Shown piece after piece: positions 1 through 11,239 of a DNA stretch of 64,000 bases. The notes below the pieces were generated by a model, which saw only the letters and a program-made list of their open reading frames with translations, searched no databases and had not been told where the DNA came from. A program made the translations under genes and the position numbers. The DNA lies in assembly GCA_963826525.1 (NCBI GenBank), contig CAWGXH010000005.1:1-64000 (forward strand), read 5' to 3'. Source of the DNA: an uncultured Methanomicrobiaceae archaeon (GTDB lineage Archaea; Halobacteriota; Methanomicrobia; Methanomicrobiales; Methanoculleaceae). Positions within the stretch are counted from its first letter, which is position 1; each line of letters begins with the position of its first letter.

Positions 1-449
1 GATGCTGTTTTGGTGGCATCGGCGTTATCCTCGCGGCAATCCTGGTTCTTCGTATCCTGTTGTGGTGCAGGACCGGTATCACTTCTGCACGGGCCGGCAG
101 GGATGACCTTCCCCATTGGAATACCGCTGCTCATCTATGTCGGGTTACTATTCAAGGATGGACGGGGGCTCTCTGGTACGCTGGAAGACCTGGTACCTTC
201 AGAGGCGTAACTGGTAAGGACCTTTGAAGGTATCCGGAAAATGAAAAGATCAATCTGGATAGAAACATCCATCTGACATAGCGGCAGAAGGAGCCACAGT
301 ACCTGCCGGACTGTGGGCATGGCGTGTATTGGGTGCTATCACCTCGGGAAGGAGGGTGCAGGATGGGTTTCCCCTCCTGCTGGAGAGTTCTGTAATGACC
401 TTGATCTTTTGTTGTATTAGTGGGAGAAGGATGTCGCTACCACCATCCA

Positions 450-2330
450 TCACCCGCTGGGAACCAGCGTAAAAATTGCATTATAAAAGTAATTCACGAC
501 GGGAAGCCAGAACTCGTTGTATCCTGAGAACCTCCTGACTGCGCAGTACTGGATAACGTCCATCTGCCAGAGGAGCGGTATCAGGAGCAGGAGGGCGCAG
601 CGGTAAGGCCACCCAGTAAGGGTTGATTTTCTTTCGGTCTGCAAGGATAGCCAGAACCACGACGGTGATCCCGAGCAGTATTCCCAGGGCTGTGAATGTC
701 ATGTTATCGGCAGCAAGATCCCGCTCAATCGAACGGATCTCGAGCACCACCAGGAGGAGTGGGACTGCTATGGCCGCTGCAACTAGGAAGTTGCGAAGGG
801 TGCTGCGTGCGAAGGTTCCGTGTTCGATAAGTGGTTTCAAGGAGTATATTCCGAGAATTGCAACAGGCATGTATATCGGTGCGAGGTATCTGATGTCGGG
901 TGCGATACCCTGTACTGGTATTGAGCCTGGTCAGGTATCGGCTATACACCAGAACCATTCCAAAGACTATGAAAACATTCAGCAGGATGATTTGTGGTGC
1001 TCCGTCCGGAAAAGAGATCTCGTTTTGCAATCCCTGCATATACCAGGAGGAGGAATGCCACAAGAATGATGGGCTTGCCCCCACAAGTGACATGCTTCCA
1101 GATTCAGGCGTGAATAGGACACTAAACCCATTCTGAAGAGTTGATGAGACAACCGTACCGAAATCCGGAGCGAATGGGTTCGGGATATGTTGTGTTAGGG
1201 TCTGAAATATGTTGACTCCGGATGACTTTGTCGCTCCCCTGCAGAGGCTGATACGGTCGTTCCCTGGTTGAGCATGCTTTTCACATACCAGGCCGGGATT
1301 AGCGGGTGTCCCTGTGGTGATGAGATTGTTGATGATGAAAGGAATCCCGCCGACTGCGGTAGAAGAGGGGATGTTGCACAGAGCTCCCTCGTTTCGGTGG
1401 AGTTCAGCACGCCCTGCCCTGGCCTATACGGATCGGCAGTATCCAGACACTTTACCCAGAGGAGCAAGGCCGACAGGAGGATGGCAAAACCTGTCTCCCC
1501 GGCCGTCTCCACCCGATGAGGCCGAAAATATAATCACCAACCCGAGATATAAGTTTTGCCTGATTCCTCCCTGAGGCGCGGGTGAGCGGATGATAAGGAG
1601 TATGCAGAGTGCGAAGAGGAATGCGATGAGCATGTGATCCTTGCCGCTCCTCCCCAGAGGATGTAGAGAACAGCAGACTTTTGCTGCAGCGTCCAAGGAG
1701 TGCCACGACTATCTCTACTGCGGAAGATCTCCCGGAAAGTGAGATATGAGACTGCAGCGTATCCGGCAAAGAGCAGGTTGTAGTGAAGACAACGGCCGCG
1801 ACCTGCCAAGAGGCGCCATTCCGGGCGAACCATCGCCCCCGGGTGAAGGCACATGAGATTTGCAAAATATATCAGGAACAGTCCGGTGATTGCTGCCCCC
1901 GTCCCGATCGCAGAGCCCGGGTGTCTTTCAGGGGCGTGTTCTCCATGGCATACTGCTTTACAGCAAGGCACGAACGAACACCGAGCACGTCCGAGATAGA
2001 TCGATGAGAAACCGAAAAAATCGCCAAAGAGTGTAAATAGTTGCAGAGCCGGGTAAGAGGCCAAGGGGAGTGTCAGTGAGTAGAGGAGGATATTGTCCCG
2101 TACTTTCAAAATACACGTAGGGCGTACCGTTCTCGAATGTGCCGTATTTTCCTTCATTAAAGACCAACTGTTGACCAGTGTTGAGTTGATGGGCTGGCCG
2201 ACGTGGTGATCGCAAGAATCATTCACTAAAAGGCTGGAAGAGAGATGCTCATTATAATGAGCAGTGAGGCGAAAAAGATGATGAATACAGGATTCTGCCA
2301 GTTCAGTTTAAAACTCTTTTGCCGAAGGGA
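450..2330 (-). CDS. Large polytopic membrane protein, possibly glycosyltransferase-like; heavily frameshifted
   Basis: Hydrophobic fragments in ORFs 1958..2215, 1534..2226, 1424..1696, 1195..1512, 481..870 and 450..644 appear to chain into one gene (NEGKYGTFENGTPY, GKDHMLIAFLFA). Lies downstream of the pilin. Ends approximate. Confidence 0.4.
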
Positions 2331-2515
2331 GCAATCTTTAATCAAATGGTATTCTAATTTCATCTTTTCCCCGATTTTATCACTATTAATGAAGTGAAAC
2401 GATAATTGCTTTAACCATACGATTTGTTACAAACACTCTATGGTTCCCAGACTTGCAGGCATACAGAGTGAAAACAAACGGCGATCCTTGCCGTTGATTT
2501 TCAGTAAAAAAGGTT

Positions 2516-2894
2516 TTAGAGGGTGGTGTCTAAAATGACCTGGGTAGAGCCGTCCGTGAATTTCAGTCACAACTACATGGACTTTCTCGCTGGAGCTGCA
2601 GGCTTTTGATATGCTCCTTAAGAACCAACTTCTGTAGTAACACTATCAATTGTTGAAGCACGCTTTCCGACTATTGCAACTACGGCGTCTGCATCGGCAC
2701 CACCCTGGTACGTGATATAAATTGTATCCCCAGCCAGTTTTGCCGTGGCAGCAACACTCTTCGTGGTATGCCACGTTCCCTGCCATTCCGAACACAAACG
2801 CAGCGATAACCGCTGCGAGGATCACCGTGATGGCGACCATTAAGATCACACCGATGACCGGTGAGACTGCATCTTCATTCTCTCTGAAGTTCAT
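2516..2894 (-). CDS. Archaeal type IV pilin (DUF1628-type N-terminus), frameshifted
   Basis: [32 protein letters not shown] class III signal and H-domain. Other frames continue [10 protein letters not shown]...ITYQGG...[14 protein letters not shown] to a stop at 2516. Confidence 0.88.
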
Positions 2895-2959
2895 GGTTTA
2901 TCACCTAACTGTGTCTTTCGCCCGGTATCGGGCGTTCACTCGACAATAACGACTGATTT

Positions 2960-2980
2960 CTGAATATATATATGTATTGT
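2960..2980 (-). promoter_or_regulatory. Probable TATA box of the pilin gene
   Basis: ATATATATAT run about 70 bp upstream of the pilin start. Confidence 0.45.
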
Positions 2981-3212
2981 GTTGTTCCTGCAGGGGAAAC
3001 ATTTTATACCGATTTCAGGCCGGCGGTGAAAGAACCTGTACCGATATTTATCTATGTCGAAATATGCTCGGGTGGGAATAGTACGGTATCCGGAAATCGG
3101 GTTTTCTCCGGGGGATGAAAAAGGTTCGGATACGGGGCAGAACACCCCCAAAAATGCGGCACCGCAAGCCCTGCCGGCGGCGGCACTCCGGGCGTCCTGC
3201 GGCGCGCGCGCT

Positions 3213-3659
3213 CTACGCCGCCGCGGGAAAATCGATGATAAGCCCGGACGCACTCTCGGTGAAGGTCGCGTCCGGGGCGATGGCGGCGATGTAGCCGGTC
3301 AGGTACGGGATCGCGATCCGCTCGTCCGCGAAGGCGGCGGCAAGGGCGGCGGTGTTCGCCGTGTCCACCACGAGCCGGGTGGCTTCCTCGGTCGCCTCGA
3401 GGTCCGCCGCGACGCCCCACATCAGGAGGATTCCTTCCATCAGGGTTGCGGGTTCCATCCGGTCGCTTGCGTGGCTCCGGAGAGCGCTGCCGTCCTCGGT
3501 GCCGAGCTCGTGAGCGAGGGTGCGGATATCCCGCCCGAGGTCTTCGGACGCCCGGTCGAGGAGCCGCTTGAGGATTGGCCCTGAGACCGTGTGCCGCCGT
3601 ATGGATCGGGCGAGCTTCAGGAGCTGCCAGTCCTTCGCAAACGAGATTCCCGGTCGCAT
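3213..3659 (-). CDS. Hypothetical soluble protein, 148 aa
   Basis: Intact ORF with host-like codon usage, co-directional with and abutting the two upstream genes. Confidence 0.6.
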   Translation of the reverse strand: MRPGISFAKDWQLLKLARSIRRHTVSGPILKRLLDRASEDLGRDIRTLAHELGTEDGSALRSHASDRMEPATLMEGILLMWGVAADLEATEEATRLVVDTANTAALAAAFADERIAIPYLTGYIAAIAPDATFTESASGLIIDFPAAA

Positions 3660-3660
3660 A

Positions 3661-3940
3661 TCAGCCTCGCAAGACGCCGTAGGTCATCACGCCGAGGCCG
3701 ATGATCACCACCAGGCGGGAGAAGACCGTCGACCAGAGGACGACGAATGCGATCCGGCGTCAGGATGCTCACGATATCGGCGAACGCAATCCCCACGATC
3801 AGCGTGAAGAGCCCGTAGATAAAGTAGAGCAGTGTCTGCTGCTTGACGATCCGGTACGCGTTGTAGATGATGCCGATAAGGAGCCCGCCCATCAGGAGCG
3901 AGACGAGGGCGAGCATCTGTTGAATCTGTTGGATCTCCAT
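3661..3940 (-). CDS. Small 3-TM membrane protein, frameshifted
   Basis: MLALVSLLMGGLLIGIIYNAYR...YFIYGLFTLIVGIAF; third helix in a shifted frame. Confidence 0.6.
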
Positions 3941-3955
3941 GTCAGTATCCGCCTC

Positions 3956-4397
3956 TTAACCGTTCTGCAGTTGTTCCTTCACTTTCCGGACCGATATGAT
4001 CGTCTGGATATCCTTCACGCCGCGCAGTCCCGAGAGGGGGATAAGCACCTCCCGTTTCAGTTCGGTGATGCTCTGCACCCGCACCTTGACGAAGAAATCG
4101 CCGGGCTCGAGCACCTCGTAGAGCTCGAGAACGCTCGGCAGGTTCACCATGAACGTCTCGACGTCCGCCTTCTCCTCGGGCGTGACGCGGACGTTTAAAA
4201 ACGCGACCAGGGTATGCTCGAAGCACTTCTGGTTGATGACGATGGTGAACCGCTCGATCGTCCCTGCATTCTTGAGCTTCTCGATCCGCTTGAAAACCGT
4301 TGATGGCGCGATGCCGAGCTTGCCGCCGAGCTCCGCCATGGACATCCGTCCGTCAAGCTGCCAGCTCCCTGATTATCGCACCGTCAATCTCATCCAT
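3956..4397 (-). CDS. Lrp/AsnC family transcriptional regulator
   Basis: MDEIDGAIIREL (shifted frame) then DGRMSMAELGGKLGIAPSTVFKRIEKL HTH and a C-terminal RAM domain. Confidence 0.88.
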
Positions 4398-4588
4398 TTA
4401 CCATGTAGTTGCAGGAAATCACTTAAATAGATTTCTTTTTCTATTTCGGCAGAATTGAACCCTTCTGCGTTTTTAAGCCAAGATGTCTGACATTTCAGGC
4501 AATCACGGCGGACGGGAATACGGGCCGGTGCCGCACCGGCGGCAGGCAGGATAACCGTATTTTCGCCGCTCCGACGGCCGCAGAGCCG

Positions 4589-5398
4589 TTATCGTGTGCC
4601 TTCTTCGGTAAAGGAACTGCCTCCGGGGTTGATGATCCGGAGACTCCCGCTTTCTCCCGCCGCCGCCGCGATCGCCCCGTCCACGAACGACCGCGCAGCG
4701 GCGAAGGCCTCCCGCACCGACAGACCGCGGGCGAGGTAGGCCGCCAGCGCCGCGGCGAAGCAGCACCCGGAACCGTGCACCGCGTAGGGATACCGCCGCC
4801 CGGTGAGCCGCACCGTCCCGGCGGCGTCGACCAGAATATCGGTCACGGCATCGGCGGAACCGTGCCCGCCCTTCACCACCACGGCCCCGGCGCCGAGGTC
4901 GATGATCCGCCGCCCCGCCTCGGCCATATCCTCGAGCGAGGTTATCGTCATCCCCGTCAGCGCCTCCGCCTCCGGGATATTCGGCGTGACCACGTCGGCG
5001 CGGGGGATGAGCCGCCGGACGAGTTCCCCCACCGCCTCCTCATCGAGCAGCCGGTGGCCGGAGGTCGAGATCATCACCGGGTCGACGACGAGCGGTATCC
5101 CCGCGGGGAGACGGTCCGCCACCGCCGCCGCAATCTCCCGCGTGCCGAGCATCCCCGTCTTGAACGCACCTATCGAAAAATCGTCGCAGACGGCCGCGAG
5201 CTGGGCGGTCACCGCCTCCGCGGGCAGCATCCAGCTCCCCCGCACCTCGCGGGTGTTCTGGGCGGTGACGGCCGTGACCACCGTCAGCCCCCAGACCCCG
5301 AGCGCCGTGAACGTCTTGAGGTCGGCCTGGATACCCGCCCCGCCGCCCGAGTCCGACCCGGCGATACTGCAGGCTGCAATCATCCGCGATTCTGTCAT
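4589..5398 (-). CDS. thiD: Hydroxymethylpyrimidine/phosphomethylpyrimidine kinase
   Basis: [43 protein letters not shown] motifs. Confidence 0.95.
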   Translation of the reverse strand: MTESRMIAACSIAGSDSGGGAGIQADLKTFTALGVWGLTVVTAVTAQNTREVRGSWMLPAEAVTAQLAAVCDDFSIGAFKTGMLGTREIAAAVADRLPAGIPLVVDPVMISTSGHRLLDEEAVGELVRRLIPRADVVTPNIPEAEALTGMTITSLEDMAEAGRRIIDLGAGAVVVKGGHGSADAVTDILVDAAGTVRLTGRRYPYAVHGSGCCFAAALAAYLARGLSVREAFAAARSFVDGAIAAAAGESGSLRIINPGGSSFTEEGTR

Positions 5399-5496
5399 CC
5401 TACTTCTCGTTGGCGCTCCACGGCAAGAACCTTTACCCATCCCCGGGAGGCCGTAAGCCGCCTCATTTATGGTATTCCGCACCGACCACTCTAAGG

Positions 5497-6834
5497 ATGG
5501 ACGTCGAAGAATTTGGCCGTCGGCATGCTGCCGCCGGTATCCCTGACGATGAGATTGTGCGACTGCTGCGGGACGAGATCCTGGAGGTGAAGCAGGGCCG
5601 CGTCCCGGCGGCGTATGCGGAAGCCTTCGCACGCGCCGTCCTCACCGAGGTGAAGAACTCCTCCGGGCTTACGGGCGACCTCTTCGAGTTCCAGCCCTCC
5701 GGCTCCTCGATGGGAGAGTTCGGCGTCGGATCGCGCGGCTCCGGCGACTTCTTCGCCCACCGGCAGCTCGCCCGGATCATCGGCAGCACCTCTGCGGCGG
5801 TCGGCGTCGACGAGATGGACGACGCCGGCGCCGTCAGTGCAGGGGGCACCTACATCATCACCACCGTCGACGGGATGCACTCCCGCCTCTCCGACTTCCC
5901 CTTCCTCGCAGGCTTTCACGTCACCCGGGCGACGCTCCGTGACGTCTACGTCATGGGAGCCCGCCCGATAGCCCTCCTCTCCGACATCCACGTCGCCGAC
6001 GACGGGGACGTCGCGAAGATCTTCGACTACACCGCAGGCGTCAGCGCCGTCGGCGAAGCGATGGGCGTCCCCCTCGTCACCGGCTCGACGCTCCGGATAG
6101 GCGGCGACATGGTGCTCGGGAACCGGCTGACCGGCTGCGTCGGTGCCGTCGGCGTGACCGACCACCTCACCGCCCGGAGAGAGATCCGGCCCGGCGACGT
6201 CCTCCTCATGACCGAGGGTGCGGGCGGGGGCACCATCGCCACCGCCGCCATCTACTCCGGGTTTCCGGAGGTCGTCGAGCAGACGATCAACCTCCACTTC
6301 CTCAAAGCCGCCGAGGCTTTAATCGCAAGCGATATCCTCCCTGCGATCCACGCCATGACCGACGTCACGAACGGCGGGCTCCGGGGCGACGCCTACGAGA
6401 TGGCCGAGACCGCAGGCTGCCGGATTGTCATCGTCGAGGACGACCTCCGCACCCTCGTCCAGCCGCAGGTGCTCGCGATGCTCGACGCTCTCGAGATCGA
6501 CTACCTCGGCGTCTCCCTCGACGCCCTCCTCGTCGTCGCACCCCGCGAAGCGGCGGCGGAGATCGTCAGGATCGTGGAGTCCGCGGGCGTCCGGATGAAA
6601 GAGGTCGGCTACGTCGAAGAAGGCGCTCCCGAGTCCGTCCTCTCCGTCGGCGGCGAGATCCGGGACTTTACTCCCCGCTTCCGGGAGTCTGCGTACACGC
6701 CGGTGAAGAAAGTCGTCGACGACGACAAGCGCGACTTCGAAGAGATGAAGGCGGGCGTCGAACGCGCGGCAGCGGCCGCGTGCGAAAAGAAACAGCGTAT
6801 TCTGGAGCGGCTCCGAAAGGAGTACGCCCCCTAA
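5497..6834 (+). CDS. AIR synthase-related (PurM-like) protein of methanogens
   Basis: GEFGVGSRGSGDFFAH, DDAG, DGMHSRLSDFPFLAGFH, AMTDVTNGG. Confidence 0.88.
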   Translation: MDVEEFGRRHAAAGIPDDEIVRLLRDEILEVKQGRVPAAYAEAFARAVLTEVKNSSGLTGDLFEFQPSGSSMGEFGVGSRGSGDFFAHRQLARIIGSTSAAVGVDEMDDAGAVSAGGTYIITTVDGMHSRLSDFPFLAGFHVTRATLRDVYVMGARPIALLSDIHVADDGDVAKIFDYTAGVSAVGEAMGVPLVTGSTLRIGGDMVLGNRLTGCVGAVGVTDHLTARREIRPGDVLLMTEGAGGGTIATAAIYSGFPEVVEQTINLHFLKAAEALIASDILPAIHAMTDVTNGGLRGDAYEMAETAGCRIVIVEDDLRTLVQPQVLAMLDALEIDYLGVSLDALLVVAPREAAAEIVRIVESAGVRMKEVGYVEEGAPESVLSVGGEIRDFTPRFRESAYTPVKKVVDDDKRDFEEMKAGVERAAAAACEKKQRILERLRKEYAP

Positions 6835-7547
6835 CGTTCCGGTTTTCTCCCCGACCCGCAGACGTTGTAGGCCAGGTACGGGATATGCTCCTCGACGAAC
6901 GGCTCCACGCTCCGTGCCAGGCGGAAGACCGGGCCGCGCAGGGCGAGGTGAGCGAACGAGCACCGGTTCGTATCCACGTCCACGAACCCTGCTCCGGCGA
7001 GCAGGTCACGGATCTCTTTTTCACTGTAGTAGTGCTCCCCGAAATCCCCGACGCCGACCTTCTTCAGGCCGACCTTCTCGCCGACCTGGTAGATGACCGG
7101 GACGGCGCTCGTGAAGATATTGTGGCCGAGCGTGCAGATGGCGATCGAGCCTCCGGGCTTAAGGACGCGGTACGCCTCCTTGAGCATGCCCTCGGGGTCG
7201 GGAACGTAACTGAAGGCGAGCAGACTTGCGAGCGCATCGAAGGTATTATCGCGGAACGGAAGAACATCGGCCGTCCCGACGACAAAACCGCTCTCCCTGC
7301 ACCGCTGCTGCGCTTTTCCGACCATCTTCGGACTGATATCGAGCCCGACCGCCCGTCCCCCCGTCTCGACGTACTCGCGGACGAAGAGACCCGTCCCGCA
7401 CCCGAGGTCGAGCAGAAATCCTCCTTTCGGCAGGTGGCACGCTATCTGGTCGCGGATGTGCGCATGGTAGTAGATCCCCTGAGCGCGGTCGTATCGGTCG
7501 TCGTAGATATCGGCGACGTCGTCATAGTGCTGCTGAACTTTCTTCAC
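6831..7547 (-). CDS. Class I SAM-dependent methyltransferase
   Basis: LLDLGCGTG, GLDISPKM, LPFRDNTFD, RVLKPGG. Confidence 0.9.
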   Translation of the reverse strand: MKKVQQHYDDVADIYDDRYDRAQGIYYHAHIRDQIACHLPKGGFLLDLGCGTGLFVREYVETGGRAVGLDISPKMVGKAQQRCRESGFVVGTADVLPFRDNTFDALASLLAFSYVPDPEGMLKEAYRVLKPGGSIAICTLGHNIFTSAVPVIYQVGEKVGLKKVGVGDFGEHYYSEKEIRDLLAGAGFVDVDTNRCSFAHLALRGPVFRLARSVEPFVEEHIPYLAYNVCGSGRKPER

Positions 7548-8538
7548 GGAATGCCTCCCTTACGATATCTGCGATCAGTGCGTCTACCTGTACGAACTCG
7601 TTTCCGGCATGGCCGAGTGCATAATCCGCCCGGGCAAGTTCGACGGCGATGCGGGGATCATTATACTCCCGTTTCGCGACCCGGGCAAGTTCGCGGACGA
7701 CCTCTCTTCCCGAGAGCCCGTAGTCGATCATCAGCGACTCGATGATCTTCCGGGCGGCCTCGTAGTTCCCGCCCCGGAGCGCCTCGAATGCGGAGGTCGT
7801 CACCGCCCCGGTCTCGGACCCCGCTATCTCGGCAAGGTCGAACTCGCGCCCGGACTCGGCAGCGACCTGCAGGTACAGGAGCGCTTTTCGAAGGTCCCCC
7901 GCCGCCGCATGCGCGATCAGGTCGAGGTCGTCGGGCGCGACCCGTCCTTTTGCCTCCTCCCGGGCGAGGACCGCGTCCATGCAGGAGCGGACGGTCTCCG
8001 TATCGATCGGGAGAAAGAAGAGCGGCAGGCTCCGCGAGGTGATCGCCGGGATGATCGCCGACTGGTTGGTGGTGAGGAAGATAAACCGGCAGGTGCCGCT
8101 GTAGCGCTCCATGATCCGGCGGAGCGCCTGCTGCGCCTCGAAGGTCAGCTCCTGCGCATCCTCAAAGACCATCAGCTTGAACTCGGCGTCGAGCGGGCGC
8201 AATGCCGCGTACCACTTGATGATCTGCTTGACGTTCGTGATCAGGCTCTGGTCCTTCCGGAAGATGTGGGCGAAACGCTCCTCCGACTCAAGGTAGGTCT
8301 TTCCCTGCGAGAAGAGTTCGGCGGCGTTGAAGATGCTCGTATTCTCCTCCCAGGAGTCGCCGTAGAGCCTGCGGGCGAAGCACTCGAGGCTCGCGCTCTT
8401 GCCGGTGCCGTGCGGCCCGGTGAAGAGGAGGTGCGGGACGTTCCCCGAGTCGGCGAACGAGACGAGGCGGCGTATCACCTGTTCCTGGCCGACGATCTCC
8501 TCGCAGCGTTTCGGCCGGTACTTCTCAATCCAGAGCAT
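7522..8538 (-). CDS. rfcS: Replication factor C small subunit, second paralog (RFCS2-like)
   Basis: WIEKYRP, Walker A GPHGTGKS, degenerate Walker B VFEDA, AQQALRRIME. Confidence 0.88.
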   Translation of the reverse strand: MLWIEKYRPKRCEEIVGQEQVIRRLVSFADSGNVPHLLFTGPHGTGKSASLECFARRLYGDSWEENTSIFNAAELFSQGKTYLESEERFAHIFRKDQSLITNVKQIIKWYAALRPLDAEFKLMVFEDAQELTFEAQQALRRIMERYSGTCRFIFLTTNQSAIIPAITSRSLPLFFLPIDTETVRSCMDAVLAREEAKGRVAPDDLDLIAHAAAGDLRKALLYLQVAAESGREFDLAEIAGSETGAVTTSAFEALRGGNYEAARKIIESLMIDYGLSGREVVRELARVAKREYNDPRIAVELARADYALGHAGNEFVQVDALIADIVREAFREESSAAL

Positions 8539-9256
8539 GGTCGAGCCTCTCCTGTATCTCTTCTATTGCCGCCCGGAGGAGATATGCATTATCCAGCGAC
8601 CCGGCCAGCCTCCCGGCCGCCTTGGAATCGAGTTCGCCGCAGGCGGCGGTGATATTCGGGAGCGCGCGGGTCAGCTCGTCGACGATGGTGAGCGTCGCCG
8701 TCCGCGCCGTCCGGGAGAGCGGGTTTAAGTCGACCGTGATCACCTGCTTGCCCATCGCCCGGAGCGCGGCACAGCGGTCGCCGTCCTCGAGCGGCACGAG
8801 CACCACGTCGGCGCTGCCGATCCCTTCCGGCAGGCACCATGCCCGGTCGTGCGAGAGCGGGATAAGCCGCTCGGCGGTGCCGGTGAGGACGGTAACCCCG
8901 TGCTCCTCGAGGAGCGCGGTGATCTGCCGGATGCGCTCTTCTGTCCGGTGGAAGAGGTTCACCTCGACGGACGAGCCCGACGCCCGGGCAAGAGCGCCCA
9001 CCTCGGCGGCGGCGAGTGCGGCGGTGTTGCCGTTCACCGAGATGACCGGACGGTCTGCGGTGAGAAGGAGAGCGGCGGCGGTGCGGGCCGCGAGGAGTGC
9101 GCTCGGCGTCGTCCGCTCGCCGAGGAGGTAGTCGAACGCCTCGCCCCGTCCGTGGGCGGTCAGGCCCTCGAGGGCGACGATTCCTTCTCTGGCGCACTGG
9201 CTGAGCCGCTCCCTGACCACCAGGGAGCGGTAGCGGGGATGGTCTTTCGGTATCAT
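8525..9256 (-). CDS. pps: Phosphopantothenate synthetase (4-phosphopantoate-beta-alanine ligase)
   Basis: MIPKDHPRYRSL, AHGRGEAFDYLLGE, ISVNGN, VPLEDGDR, DLNPLSRTA. Confidence 0.93.
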   Translation of the reverse strand: MIPKDHPRYRSLVVRERLSQCAREGIVALEGLTAHGRGEAFDYLLGERTTPSALLAARTAAALLLTADRPVISVNGNTAALAAAEVGALARASGSSVEVNLFHRTEERIRQITALLEEHGVTVLTGTAERLIPLSHDRAWCLPEGIGSADVVLVPLEDGDRCAALRAMGKQVITVDLNPLSRTARTATLTIVDELTRALPNITAACGELDSKAAGRLAGSLDNAYLLRAAIEEIQERLDHALD

Positions 9257-10117
9257 CGTTCCTCCTCCGAGATACGGACGCCGCGGTCGGCGGTCCGGAG
9301 AATATAGACCTCCCCGAATGCGGCAAGGGTCTCCTTCGCCGTATCGCCGTAGGCAAAGACGCCGTTTCCGAGCATCGTCATGCTCGCGAGGACGCCCGCC
9401 TCGTCGCAGGCGGCGAGAACCGAACGGACGTCCGGGGAGATAAGCCCGCTCTTCTCGGCAAACCGGCGTGAAAACTGCAGGAGTTCCTCGAGCGTCTCCG
9501 GGCACCCCTCCGGAAAGGCTGCCCGTATCGCCTCCATCTGCCCGGGCGACGAGAGCACCGAGGCCGTGGAAAGAGGCCCGAGCGTCACCGCCGCGATCGT
9601 CGCACCGGGTTCGTAGTGCCGGACGATCTCGGCGTCGATACCGGGCCCCTTCCGGCAGACGAACCCCCCGCCCCGGCAGGCGGCCACGTCCCCGAGACCC
9701 GTCCGGTGGACGACCTCGGCCTCGTGGGCGAGCGCTGCAACCTCGCCCTCGGAGAGCGAAAGATTGTGGAGGCGGTTGACCGCCGTCGTCACCGCGAGGA
9801 GGGCGGCGGCGCTCATGCCGAAACCCGCACCGATAGGAAGCCTGCACTCGGTGGTGATCGCTGCCGTCACCCCGAGCCTTTCGGAGGACGTACTCCACCG
9901 GGGGCGATCCCGTCATCGTCTCGATGACGGCGCCTGCCCGGTCCCTGCGGCGCACCGTCACGCTCGTCGTCTCCGCAAAGGCAGCCTCCGCCCGCACGCC
10001 CTCGTCGACGACTATCCCGGCACCGATACTCCCGGTGGTCGCCGGCGTATCGCCTTCGACCCGCCTGAAGTAGCCGGAGATGTGGCCGGGGCAGAAGGCT
10101 ACAGCAGTCGTGCCCAT
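9253..10117 (-). CDS. pok: Pantoate kinase (GHMP family), frameshift near 9875
   Basis: [35 protein letters not shown]; adjacent to pps. Confidence 0.9.
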
Positions 10118-11239
10118 ATCGCCTCCGCAACCTCGCTCTTATCCCCGGTAACCGGAACGCTCCCTTCCTCCGTCACGAGGAGGAACGAACCGGCCGCAGC
10201 CCCCATCACCGGCGGGGTGTTCACGACGACCATCCGGATCCCTTTTTCGAGCATCGCCCGTGCCTTCGCCTCCTCGTTCCACCCGAGCTTGAACGCGACC
10301 GTGACGGGCTGTGCGGCTGTCGCCACCTCGTCGAGGAGTTTCGGGAGCGGCTCGAGCCGTATCGTCTCCGGCGCACCGCTCGGGATCTTCCCTTCCCGGC
10401 GCTCCGGCGCGAAATCGGAGATCGCCGCCGCACTGACGTAGATGTCCGTGCCCTCCTCGCGGAGAATGCGGATCACCGCTTCCCGCATATCGGCGGCGCT
10501 CGTGACCCGGACGTTCCGCACGCAGGGTATCTCCCCGTTGTGCACGACCGTCACCTCCGCCCCGAGCCGGAACGCCTGGAGCGCAAGTTCCCTGCCCATC
10601 CGGCCGGTCGACCGGGTGGTGAGGATACGGACGTCGTCGACCGGTTCGGCGCAGGCACCGCTCGTTATCAGCACCTTTCGTCCGGCGAGCGATCTTCCGG
10701 AGAGCGCCCGCTCGACGTGCAGGACGATGACCTCGGTATCGGCGATCTTCGCCTTCCCCTCTTCGATCTTCGGGCCTACGAGATCGATCCCGAAGGTGCG
10801 GAGCCGCTCGAGGTTCGCAATCAACCGCGGGGTGGCGGTACATGCTCTCGTGCATCGCCGGCGCGAGGACGATCGGCAGCCCCCGGCCGAGTGCCGTGGT
10901 GGCGAAGGTCGTGACCGGGGTATCGTCGATACCGCAGGCTATCTTCCCGATGGAATTCGCCGTGCAGGGGGCGATCAGGAGGAGATCGGCCTCGCCGCCC
11001 TCCCCGCAGTAGACGACGTGCTCGACAAGGCCGCCGCACCGGGTCAGCGCGGGCCTGCCGGTGGCGTAGGTCAGCGCATCGGGAGAGATGATCCCCGCCG
11101 CCGCCTCGCTCATCACCGCCTGCACCGTCGCACCCCGCCTGCGCAGGGCATGCACGAGTTTCACCGTCTCGACGGCGGCGATGCTCCCCGTCACCGCGAG
11201 AACGATCGTCTTTCCTTTCAGGGTCTGCGGTATCGTCAC
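10099..11239 (-). CDS. coaBC: Bifunctional phosphopantothenoylcysteine decarboxylase/synthetase, frameshift near 10822
   Basis: [28 protein letters not shown]; then ITSG...EPVDDVR...STGRMG, AAISDF. Confidence 0.93.

Noticed and set aside
5399-5496. TPP riboswitch upstream of thiD
   Set aside because: Short divergent intergenic region with only a small hairpin and no TPP core motif
8525-10117. 530-aa PoK-PPS fusion ORF
   Set aside because: The middle is out-of-frame sequence caused by an indel; pok and pps are separate genes overlapping at ATGA
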